Shown piece after piece: positions 22,024 to 32,327 of a stretch of 64,000 nucleotides of DNA (position 1 is its first letter; every line of letters begins with the position of its first letter). The stretch comes from Ascoidea asiatica JCM 7603 (lineage: Eukaryota > Fungi > Ascomycota): NCBI GenBank assembly GCA_001600695.1, contig BCKQ01000008.1:402669-466668 (forward strand). Direction: 5' to 3'. Position numbers and translations under genes: made by a program. The notes under the pieces are model-generated. The model was given only the letters and a program-made list of their open reading frames with translations. It was not told the DNA's origin and did no database searches.

Positions 22024-22866
22024 ATGATATTATCAACTAAAAATTCACCATTACCAAAAATGATTTCAAATTCAAATCAAAATCAAAACATGAATGAAAA
22101 TAATAATGGAAATAATAATCAAAGTTTAAATCAAAATCAAAATCAAATTATAAATCAAAATTTGAATCAAGATTCAAAATTGGATTTTGAGAATAATTTT
22201 TTCACTTATCAGTTTTCATATTCTTCAAATCAATTCTATTTAAAAAGTCATCCTTTTTCAAATAATATAAATAATAATAATAATAATAATAATAGTCTGT
22301 CAATAGATTCTAAAAAAAGATCTCATGATAATGATAATGATATAAATATTAATAGTATTAATAGTATTAATAATAAAAATAACTTAGATCATTTAGATAA
22401 TTCAAGTCGAAAAAGAAAACAAATCTCAAGAATTCATTCAATTGATCATAATAAAACTATTGATATGTTAATAAATAATCAAAAATTACAATCCTCAAAA
22501 CAATCTAATTCTCATCAAAAACATCCCATTGATATTGATAATAATAATAATAATAATAATAATAATATAACATCAACATCAACGAATATAAATAAACCAT
22601 TTTGGCCACAAATAAATAAAATTAATTCAAATCTGTCAAGAAATGAATTTTTTTTAAAAAATTTCCCAAATGAACAAATTAAATCATCAAATTCAATTTC
22701 TTGTTCAATTTGTGAAAAAGATTTAAGAAATTTAATTGATTCTTCATATTCTTTAATGGATGATTTAAATGATCATAAATGTTTTCATTGTCAAAGATTA
22801 TTATGTTCTTTATGTAGTGTAATTAATCAAAATGATAATTCTTTATATTGTTTTGATTGTCTTTAA
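22024..22866 (+). CDS. Uncharacterised protein with C-terminal 8-Cys zinc finger
   Basis: First ATG at 22024; CSIC..CFHC..LCSLC..CFDC; basic RKRK. Confidence 0.7.
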   Translation: MILSTKNSPLPKMISNSNQNQNMNENNNGNNNQSLNQNQNQIINQNLNQDSKLDFENNFFTYQFSYSSNQFYLKSHPFSNNINNNNNNNNSLSIDSKKRSHDNDNDININSINSINNKNNLDHLDNSSRKRKQISRIHSIDHNKTIDMLINNQKLQSSKQSNSHQKHPIDIDNNNNNNNNNITSTSTNINKPFWPQINKINSNLSRNEFFLKNFPNEQIKSSNSISCSICEKDLRNLIDSSYSLMDDLNDHKCFHCQRLLCSLCSVINQNDNSLYCFDCL

Positions 22867-23092
22867 TAATATAATAATATAATTATATAACTCAACTCAA
22901 TTCAATTCAATTCATTTTTTTTTATTTACGTACTAGTTTATAAGTTTATTTCTTTTCTTACTGCATTATTTTCTTTTAATAAATACTTTTTTTTTAAATG
23001 TTTTTACCGAAAAATATTGTATCAACAAAAATAACTGAAAAATAATATAGAATGGTTGTAATATTTATATATTTAGTTATATATTAATTAAT

Positions 23093-24265
23093 TTACTGTC
23101 TTCTTGATAAAGTAAAAGAATTTACATCTTCAGATTTACTATTATTTAAATTACAAAGTTCAAGATCATTATTATTACCTCTAATTTGATTAATTAAAGA
23201 ATTTGAATTTGAAATTGAAATTGTTTCTGAATTTTTATTAATATTATTAACTTTATTATAAAATTCTTCAAAATTTTCATATTTTATAATAATTTGATTT
23301 AATTTAAATTTTTTTTCAATTGGAATTTCAAAAGTTCTACCTTTAAAAATATAACCTGGAAAAAATGGTGGTAATAATAAAGTTAAACCTAAAGTAATCA
23401 TTAAAGCATCTAAAGTAAAAACATAAACTTCATGAGTTATTAAATAACCATTCCAACCTTGAGATAATTCTGCAACTCTATAACAACAACGAATATAAAT
23501 AAAAATAACAGAGAAAGTGATTGCAATTGGAAAAAATTTAAAAAATTTTTGATTTCTAATAAATTTAAAATTTGGATCAAATAAATAATCTTTTTCATTT
23601 AAATTAAATTTATTATGTAAATTTTTTTGTCTTGTTTCAAATTGATTAAAACCAATAAATTTTTCAGTTTTAAAATAAATTGAATAAAAAAAATGAAACC
23701 AAAAAAATAAAAATATAGTCATACTAATAACTTGAACAATCATACCACCTAACATAATATTTGAACCTTGATCACTTGTTTTTTTATCATTTGCACCTGC
23801 AGCCATTCCACCTCCTAAAGCTTGTAAAACTAAACTAAAAATATCACAAAATATAAAAATATAAGAATATGCAAATGGTTTTAATAAAGAATAATAATCA
23901 CCATAAATTATAACTAATTTTGCTAAAAGAAAATAAATACCACCCATAATAAAAGCAGGAGCAATTGTTAAAGAAATAATTTGTAATAAAAAATAATCAT
24001 CTCTTGTATTAAAATATGCTAAAGTTCTACCAATATAACCAGCCATTTCTAAACCAGAACCTGAAAAAAATGCAATACCAAAATATAATTGTTTATAATA
24101 TATTGATAAAGCTGTATGAGAGAAAAAAAGAATTGCCATTAAAGCTGTAAATGTTACATTTCCTCCAATTGATGGAGTCATTCCAAATTGATTATCATCT
24201 GTACTTTCAGAATATTGAATAGAAGTTGTTGCTGAAGAAATTGAAGAGATTAAAGTTGAACTCAT
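23093..24265 (-). CDS. RTA1/RSB1-family 7-TM lipid-translocating exporter, copy 1
   Basis: GLEMAGYIGR, LTIAPAFIMGGIYFLL, CDIFSLVLQALGGG, IRCCYRVAELSQGWNGYLITHE. Confidence 0.92.
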   Translation of the reverse strand: MSSTLISSISSATTSIQYSESTDDNQFGMTPSIGGNVTFTALMAILFFSHTALSIYYKQLYFGIAFFSGSGLEMAGYIGRTLAYFNTRDDYFLLQIISLTIAPAFIMGGIYFLLAKLVIIYGDYYSLLKPFAYSYIFIFCDIFSLVLQALGGGMAAGANDKKTSDQGSNIMLGGMIVQVISMTIFLFFWFHFFYSIYFKTEKFIGFNQFETRQKNLHNKFNLNEKDYLFDPNFKFIRNQKFFKFFPIAITFSVIFIYIRCCYRVAELSQGWNGYLITHEVYVFTLDALMITLGLTLLLPPFFPGYIFKGRTFEIPIEKKFKLNQIIIKYENFEEFYNKVNNINKNSETISISNSNSLINQIRGNNNDLELCNLNNSKSEDVNSFTLSRRQ

Positions 24266-26148
24266 TGGTAATGGATTAGATTTAATTGAAGATTGATTTA
24301 AAAATTATTTGACTTGAATGGAATAAAATATGTGAAAAGAATTAAGATTAAGGAAAAGAAGAAGAAATGAATATAAATTGATATTATTAAATGTGGTTTA
24401 TATATAATAAATTTGAAAAATATTTACTTGATTAATATATGAAAATCTAATCAATTATAAAAACAAAAGAGTTAGGGAAAATATGAAAACAACAACAACA
24501 ACAACAACAAAAAAAAGTAATGAAAAGCCTTTAAGTTATAATAAATAAAAAATGGAATATAAAACTAATAAAATCTGACTAAAAATTCAAATTTTCGGAA
24601 TATAATATTTTGATATTATTTTGATAAAGATTATTTTTAACTTTTTTATTTAAATACACATTACAACATCTATTTATCAATTTATTTCTCTTAGATTTTT
24701 CTGAAAATAAAAAAAGCAAACGACGATTAAAAAGCAGAAATATAATTTTTACAATATTGAAAGATAAGAATTATTCTAAAAAAGTCTTTTAATCTTTCAA
24801 AAATGAGCCAAAAAAGAAGAATTATTTCACTTAAATTTCAAAATTAGTTGAATTTCTTCTCTAGAATTTGTTTTGAAAAAGAGTTGTAAAATTGACTTCA
24901 GCCTCAGATTTCTGCGATAAAACAACTTTTAACTCTAAATTACGGAACAAACTGAGCTTCGGCTTGTCGGCTTGTCGGCTAAGCATGCCAAGAACACGGG
25001 ACTGGGATCCGTGTGCCGTCTCAACGGAACTGGCTCCGAGAGAATTGCTCCTGCGTCCAGAAGCAGAATTTAGGTCTGTTTGCCTATATATTTGACGTAT
25101 TAATGTGCATGTAAAAGCAGAAATCTGTCAAAAATAGTACAGGGAAATATACCCGTGTTCAGTAGAAAAGAGCGGAAGATGGCGGAACAGACAAGGAGCG
25201 TCACGTGCTTTAGGTCTGGATATTTCCACCCATGGAAATAAACTAGCTGTAGCCACAAAAAGTGAATAGAAATACTAGAAGAAAGCAGTTCTAGAATGCT
25301 ATTTCAAATTATTGTTTATCAATAATAGGCTAAGCCATAGATTATGCCTGTAGAGCTTTGTCTGTTTGATTAGAAATAAAACTGCCCATTTTCTTGAATG
25401 AACTTTTTCTTCAAATTGTATTTTTATCATATCCTTGCATGACTATGCATAATTTAGAATCATTCAATACTTTCCCGATTAGGAAATACACAGAAAATAA
25501 TACACTTTTACCTTTTTTTTGATTTTTATGTATTTTTGGTATTTGAAATACAAATTGTCTTTTTCAGATTAGTATTATTAAGTTAAGGAATGGAAGTTAT
25601 TTGATTATTAGTGAAAATGGATAAGAACTAACTCCAATTTTTAAGCCATTTTTTGATGTATTTATTGAACTTCTTATTTGTTAATTATACTATCATCACC
25701 CTAATAAGATTAATTCCATTAATAAATTTGTGATAGAAAATAAAAATTTATAATGAAATCATTTTAAATTAGGACCTGGTGAAACTTTTTTGATCAACTA
25801 CCAAAAGTGCAAAATTATATTTAAAATTTAAAAAACAAAGCTATTAAAGAATCGACTATATACTCGGCTACGCTGAAGTGGAAATTTCCAAATATTTCCT
25901 ATTAAGGACATAGATGGATATGCCTGATTTAGGTCTGTTTATAATCATTTACGAAAATGAATAAAATAATAGATACTCATTGAGACACTTTTTGATATTT
26001 CAATCAAAATTAATGACTGGATCTAAGTAAATTTAAATAAAGAGTTTATAAAATAATCTATTGGTTGAGTATTTAGCTAAGCTAAATATATTAAAACATT
26101 TAGAAAATAAAAAATCTATTAAATTATTGAAATATCTAAAAGTATTTT

Positions 26149-27417
26149 TTATTTTTCAGTCAATAATGTTGCATTTGAACCAGACTTATTAAGTGTCATT
26201 AAATTTATATTTTCTTTTTTATTTCTAGAATAATTTGAGAGTTCATAACTATTAATTGTATTTGTTGAGGCAAATGGATTCATATTATTATTTTCATTTA
26301 AATTTCTATTATCATTATTATTACTATTACTATTACTATTACTATTACTATTACTATTATTTTCTGTAGCTATGATATTTTCATTGATATTATTAACTTT
26401 ATTATAAAATTCATTGAAATTTTTATAACCTAATTTAAAATTTGAAAATTTAAAACTTTTCTTAATTGGAATTTCAATTGATCTACCTTTGAAAATATAA
26501 CCTGGATAAAATGGTGGTAATAATAAACCAACTGCAAAAGTTATCATTAAAGCATCAAATACAAGTACATAAGCTTCATGAGTCATTAAATAACCATTCC
26601 AACCTTGAGATAATTCTGCAACTCTATAAATACAACGAATTAAAATAAATAAAACAGAAATTGTAAGAATTATTGGAAAAATTTTAAAATATTTTTGATT
26701 TCTAATAAATTTAAAACTAGGATCAAATAAATAATCTTTATCATCTATATTAAGTTTATTTTTAGTTAAATTATTTTGATTTATTTCATTTTGATTATAA
26801 TAAATTAAGTTATTAGTTTTATAATAAATTGAATAAAAAAAATAAAACCAAAGAATTAAAAATATACTCATACTAATAACTTGAATAATCATACCTATTA
26901 ACATAAGATTTGAACCATTTTTACTTGTTTTATTATCATTTGCACTTGCAGCAATTCCACCACCTAAAGCTTGAAGAATTAAACTAAAAATATCACAAAA
27001 TATAAAAATATATGAATATGCAAATGGTTTTAATAAACCATAATAATCACCATAAATTACAATTAATTTTGCTAAAAGAAAATAAATTCCAGCCATAAGA
27101 AAAGCAGGAGCAATTGTTAAACAAACAATTTGAATTAAAAAATAATTATGATTTGTATAATTTGAATAAGATAAAGTTCTAGCAATGTAACCAATTGATT
27201 CTAAACCACATCCAATAAAAAAAGTTACACCAAAATAAGTTTGTTTGAAAAAAATAGATAAAATTGTATGAGAAATAAAAAAAACAGATAATAAAATTGC
27301 GAAAATTATATTACCAACAAGTGAAGGTTGCATTCCATATGAATTAACTTCAGTTGAAGTAGATTCTGCAATTGAAGATGTTAAAGAAACTGAATATATA
27401 ACTGAAGTTGAAGTCAT
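26149..27417 (-). CDS. RTA1/RSB1-family exporter, copy 2 (tandem paralogue)
   Basis: Same motifs; co-linear with copy 1. Confidence 0.92.
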   Translation of the reverse strand: MTSTSVIYSVSLTSSIAESTSTEVNSYGMQPSLVGNIIFAILLSVFFISHTILSIFFKQTYFGVTFFIGCGLESIGYIARTLSYSNYTNHNYFLIQIVCLTIAPAFLMAGIYFLLAKLIVIYGDYYGLLKPFAYSYIFIFCDIFSLILQALGGGIAASANDNKTSKNGSNLMLIGMIIQVISMSIFLILWFYFFYSIYYKTNNLIYYNQNEINQNNLTKNKLNIDDKDYLFDPSFKFIRNQKYFKIFPIILTISVLFILIRCIYRVAELSQGWNGYLMTHEAYVLVFDALMITFAVGLLLPPFYPGYIFKGRSIEIPIKKSFKFSNFKLGYKNFNEFYNKVNNINENIIATENNSNSNSNSNSNSNNNDNRNLNENNNMNPFASTNTINSYELSNYSRNKKENINLMTLNKSGSNATLLTEK

Positions 27418-28414
27418 TTTTGATTATTTTTATTTTTATTTTTATTTTTATATTTGAGTTATTTGAATTATTTGAGATAATTTCATTTCTTTTTATATTA
27501 TAACATAATATATTAAATAAATTATGAGATCTCGTAATATAAAGTATAAAAATTTTATATAAAAATTAATAATTTGAATGGTTTTCTCAAATAAGAAATA
27601 GAATATATAGATTAGTATGTTTATTATATTATAGAATAATATTAAAATATAGAATGAAACTTTATAGAAAAGATAAAATGGAATTGTAAACTACTAATGA
27701 CTTAATCAGGATTGTCTTTTTTTCAAAGATTAAACAGGAAAAGATTATAAATTCAAAAATTTTGTGTCGTAAGTCTATATTGTTAAAGAAGAATAATATA
27801 GGATTAGGAATAGAAAATAGGAAAAAGATAACTAAAAAAAAGCAATAATTCAGCTTCTAATTTTAGAATTTGAAAAGTTTAATAAAAGGAAATAAAAGAG
27901 AATATGAAAAAAGTGGTAGTAATTGATTGTTTAATAGATAATTGAAAATAAAATATATTTGGAAAGAAGTAAATAAAAAAGTAGATTAAAAGAGAAATGA
28001 AGACTCGAAATGGGATTGAAAAAGCTTAATTGGAAGAAAAAAAAAGAAATGGATGAGATTGATAATATTATTCAATTTTGTTTTATTTTGTTCACTATTT
28101 CTTATTCAACGATTTATCTTTGAACAATTCTATTTATATTTGGCTTATGTTTACAAAAGCCTCGATGAATAAACAATAACAAAAAAAGAGTAGAAAAAAC
28201 TTCTTTGAAATAATATTTACAGCCATTGAAAGTGAAATAAATTTAGATAAATTGAAAGGAAAACAAGTTTAAAACCAAACAGGGAGTATTATTTTGGTTT
28301 TAGGCGTTTCTCGACGCAGAGTGCAGTTGGAGTATTTTTTATGCAGCATTAAGCGTTATATTAACATTTAAAGTTTGGAACCAAGCAGGGTGACGGTAAA
28401 ATCTATACGCCAAA

Positions 28415-28700
28415 CCACAGTTACCCGCGTATTAAGCCTTCCCGTGGCGGACAAAAAATCGGTACGGGTCCTGGTTTCGGCTTTAGAATATACATTCCGT
28501 TATCCGCAGACCGTGTCCTGAAACCAGTTTTATGGAATCCTTTTAAGACAGACTTCCAAATATATAACCACGTGCAATGTCCTGATTTTATCATTTTCCT
28601 CAGCAGCTGCAAAAAACGTCATGTCAGGTGACATTTTGCCATTTATGCACTAGCCAGAAAGAGGCTCAACAGTTCCCAAAATGGCCAAATATAACTGTGG
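28415..28700. promoter_or_regulatory. GC island with Met31/32-like and Cbf1-like sites
   Basis: CCACAGTT at 28415, AACTGTGG at 28693, CACGTG at 28569, Reb1-like TTACCCG at 28421. Confidence 0.55.
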
Positions 28701-29889
28701 TGAATATGAATTTGAAAATGTCGTAACTGTTTAACGTTAGTAAGCAATAATGAAATATTAATACCTTTTTGTTATTTTATATAAAAGGAGAAAATTCCTT
28801 AAAATTTTAATCCTTTTACAATTTTTTTCAGTTATTTTTTACAATTTGTATAAAATACATCATATTCATCAAATTTCTCAAATCAATTTCAATATTCAAG
28901 TGTTTTCCCATATTAAAAGATTATCAAAAGAATGTCAACTTTTTCGTAATGATCCCATAATACTGGTTCTCAAGCTTTGTCCCACTGGAATGGTAATTAA
29001 GATGTGAGTCATATAAATTAATTAATTAATTAAATAATTTTATTCCGATTCTCCATAATTTTGATCGATTTTTCTTTAATAATTCAATTCTCTTATCAAT
29101 TGATGAAAAAATTGACTAAATGTAATTAAAATGTTAGGATTATCAAGAAATATTCAAAGAAATGGTAATGAAATTAAAATCTTTCTTTTAAAAAAAGTAT
29201 TTCAACTTACATAAAATATCATTAAAAATTGACTCGGGATTTCAACTTTCTTATCTTCAAAACAAATTTCAAATTTTATTCTCTTCAATGTCAAATTTAA
29301 CACAATTTATGAGAACCGATTTTCAATTGTCGATTATTTCCATTAAATTTTAATTAATTTCAAATTATGTAAATATATCATTTCATCAAATATCATCATA
29401 TAATAATAATTATAATATATTCATATAATATATCAAATTAATCATAAATTTTCATTGAATATAAATTTATTTATCTCTATTTTGGAGTTTATCTCATTTT
29501 CAAATTAAATTCGTTCAAATTATTTGATTTTATTTTAAATAAAATTGTATTTGTTACGAATTTCTTTACGAAAAAAAAAAAAGATAAGAAATTTAAACTT
29601 TATTTTATTCTATATTTTATATTCAATTAAAATTTTAATAAGAATCTAATTAATTTCTGAATAAAGTAATTTTTATTCCGATTATTTTAATTTAATTTAA
29701 TTTCTTCTTAACATTTGTCCTTTTTACTCTTTCATTTATCTTCAATGTATTTTGGTATATTTTTTTGATATTTAAATAGCTTATTTTCCTTATTTTTATT
29801 ATCCATTGTCTTTTATTGTCTTTTATTGTCTTTTATTATCTTTTATTATTTCATTATTATCTTATTCTCCTTATATATTCATCATTAAA

Positions 29890-31236
29890 ATGTCATTTGA
29901 TTCAAATTCTAATTCTGAAATAGATTCAGAATCTTATAGTATTGAAACTGAATTAATTAAAGGACCAAATGATCCATTATTAAAAGATAAATTTAATTCT
30001 TCAATATCACCATTATATCTTTCAACAACATTTCAAGGTAATAATAATAAATTTCAATATTCAAGATGGAATAATCCAACAAGATTAAATCTTGAATTAC
30101 ATTTAAAAAAATTAATGAATTCATATAAAACTTTTGTTGTAACAAGTGGTATGGGAGCATTTGATATTATTACAAAATTATTAAAAAAAGGTGATCATGT
30201 AATTGCAGGTAATGATTTATATAGTGGTAGTGATAAATTATTACAATTTTTATCAAAAAATCAAAATTTTATAAAATATGATAATGTTGATACAACAAAT
30301 AAATTTGAAATTTTTAAAAAATTAAATTCAAATACAAGATTTATTCATTTAGAATCTCCAACAAATCCATTAATGAAAATTATTGAATTAAAAGAAATTA
30401 TAAATTATATTAAATTAAATTATCCATATTGTTTAATTATTTTTGATAATACAATGTTAACATCATTAAATTTTAAACCATTAAATTTTGGTATTGATAT
30501 TCATTATGAATCTGGTACAAAATATATTAATGGACATCATGATATAATGTGTGGAATAATAAGTTTAAAAGATAAAAAATTAAGTGAAGATATTAAAAAA
30601 ATTATTGATTTAATTGGATCTGCAATTACACCATTTGATTCATGGTTAGTTTTAAGAGGTTTAAAAACAATGAAATTAAGATTTAAAAAAAGTGAGAAAA
30701 ATACAAAAAAAATTATAAATTTTTTAAAATTAATACCAGAATTTAAAAATAAAATTAATTATCCAAAATTAAATAAAAAAGAAAATAAAATTTTAAAAAG
30801 TTATTCAAAAGGTTATGGTAGTGTATTTTCATTAACAACAGGTTCAATTGAAAAAAGTTTAAAAATAGTTAAAAATTTAAAAATTTTTCATGAAACTGTA
30901 TCATTTGGATCAATTTATTCATTAATTTCATTACCATGTTTAATGACATTTAAAATTATTGATAAAGAAGTTTTAAATAAAAGAGGATTATCACCAGATT
31001 TAATTAGAATTTCAATTGGTATTGAAAATGTTAATGATTTAATTAAAGATTTAAATCAAGCTTGTAAAAAAGCAGGTTTAACAGTTCCAAAAGATTTTAA
31101 ATTTAATTATGATAGTGATAGTGATAGTGATAATGATAATGATAGTGATAATGATGATGAAAATAAGAATAGTATTGAAGAAATTAATGATCTTGATAAT
31201 GATTATTCAAAAGAAAAAGTTTTATCTAAATTATAA
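29890..31236 (+). CDS. STR3: PLP-dependent cystathionine beta-lyase-like enzyme
   Basis: First ATG at 29890; YSRWNNPTR, LESPTNP, DNTM, YESGTKYINGHHDIMCG (PLP Lys), LIRISIGIE; C-terminal SKL (PTS1). Confidence 0.82.
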   Translation: MSFDSNSNSEIDSESYSIETELIKGPNDPLLKDKFNSSISPLYLSTTFQGNNNKFQYSRWNNPTRLNLELHLKKLMNSYKTFVVTSGMGAFDIITKLLKKGDHVIAGNDLYSGSDKLLQFLSKNQNFIKYDNVDTTNKFEIFKKLNSNTRFIHLESPTNPLMKIIELKEIINYIKLNYPYCLIIFDNTMLTSLNFKPLNFGIDIHYESGTKYINGHHDIMCGIISLKDKKLSEDIKKIIDLIGSAITPFDSWLVLRGLKTMKLRFKKSEKNTKKIINFLKLIPEFKNKINYPKLNKKENKILKSYSKGYGSVFSLTTGSIEKSLKIVKNLKIFHETVSFGSIYSLISLPCLMTFKIIDKEVLNKRGLSPDLIRISIGIENVNDLIKDLNQACKKAGLTVPKDFKFNYDSDSDSDNDNDSDNDDENKNSIEEINDLDNDYSKEKVLSKL

Positions 31237-31581
31237 TTAATTTTTAAATAGTTAATTGAATATAATTAATATACAACATTTATTTATATTTATCGAGATT
31301 GAAGTGTTAAATTTGAAATAATTTCATTTTCTGGAAAGAATTTTTGAATAAATATTTTTAAATATTTATGAATATTTATAAAAATGGATTTAAAATTGAA
31401 TTAAAAGGGAAAGAATTGAAAAAACTGCAATGGTTACAAATTTAAAATCAACAAAAATTGAAATTGGTTATTTAGAAGAACTACATTTTGATAAAAAAGA
31501 AGCAATCTTAGTTTGTTCATGATCATTCAATCAGTCTTTATTTTATCTCATTTCTTTATTTCAAATTCTTATAAGAACGAA

Positions 31582-31666
31582 CATATAAAAAGAATATAAA
31601 AAATATAAAAAGAATATAAAAAGAATATAAAAAGAATATAAAAAGAATATAAAAAGAAAAAAAAAA
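31582..31666 (-). terminator. T-run Pol III terminator plus 11-bp (AAAAAGAATAT) repeats downstream of tRNA-Met
   Basis: A9 run at 31657-31666 on + (T-run on -) followed by tandem repeats. Confidence 0.6.
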
Positions 31667-31670
31667 CAAA

Positions 31671-31768
31671 TGCTCTGGGGGAGGCTCGAACTCCCGGCCT
31701 TCAGCACACCCACAACGCTGGTAGCATTGTTATGAGGCTGACGCTCTAGCCAACTGAGCCACCAAAGC
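31671..31768 (-). tRNA. Elongator tRNA-Met(CAU) with 24-nt intron (31707-31730)
   Basis: GCTTTGG/CCAGAGC acceptor, GCTC/GAGC D stem, TCAGC/GCTGA anticodon stem with CT-CAT-A, TTCGA T loop; G1-C72 pair, so not initiator. Confidence 0.93.
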
Positions 31769-32076
31769 AGGGCTGGTGGTTTCTGGTTTGCAGAAGAATA
31801 CAGGAGAGCTGCAGGGGAGCACATGAAGACTACTGTGCCACGTTTTCGAGGTCTGCACCGCCATACACGTTCCAAATAAAGTAATTTGGATAATGCCAGC
31901 GGTGGCGAACCAAAGCTGTGGCTTGACAGTAACAGCAGCAATGGCATTAAAGCACTAAAAGTAATAGGCTAAGAAATAGGCTGAATCTCGAGATATAAAC
32001 AATAAAAACAACAACAACAACAACAACAATAGGAATAGAAACAACAATATATTCAATAAAAGAAGAATATAATCAA

Positions 32077-32137
32077 TAGGAATATAATCAATAGGAATAT
32101 AATCAATAGGAATATAATCAAAAGGAATATAATCAAA
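32077..32137. repeat. 15-bp tandem repeat (AGGAATATAATCAAT) x4
   Basis: Directly visible in the leader of the Zn-cluster gene. Confidence 0.8.
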
Positions 32138-32216
32138 AGAAGAAGAAGAAGAAGAAGAAGAAGAAGATCATTGATTCATTACTGCCTAATCACTTCAAAA
32201 GACTCACATTCAAATA

Positions 32217-32282
32217 ATGTCAAATCTGAATAGTATTTTAAATTCAAGCTCTCCAGATACTTCTTTAATTACCAATAACAAC

Positions 32283-32327
<45 letters not shown>

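Noticed and set aside
31561-31947. 128-aa ORF
   Set aside because: Overlaps tRNA-Met, its terminator repeats and a promoter GC island; non-coding
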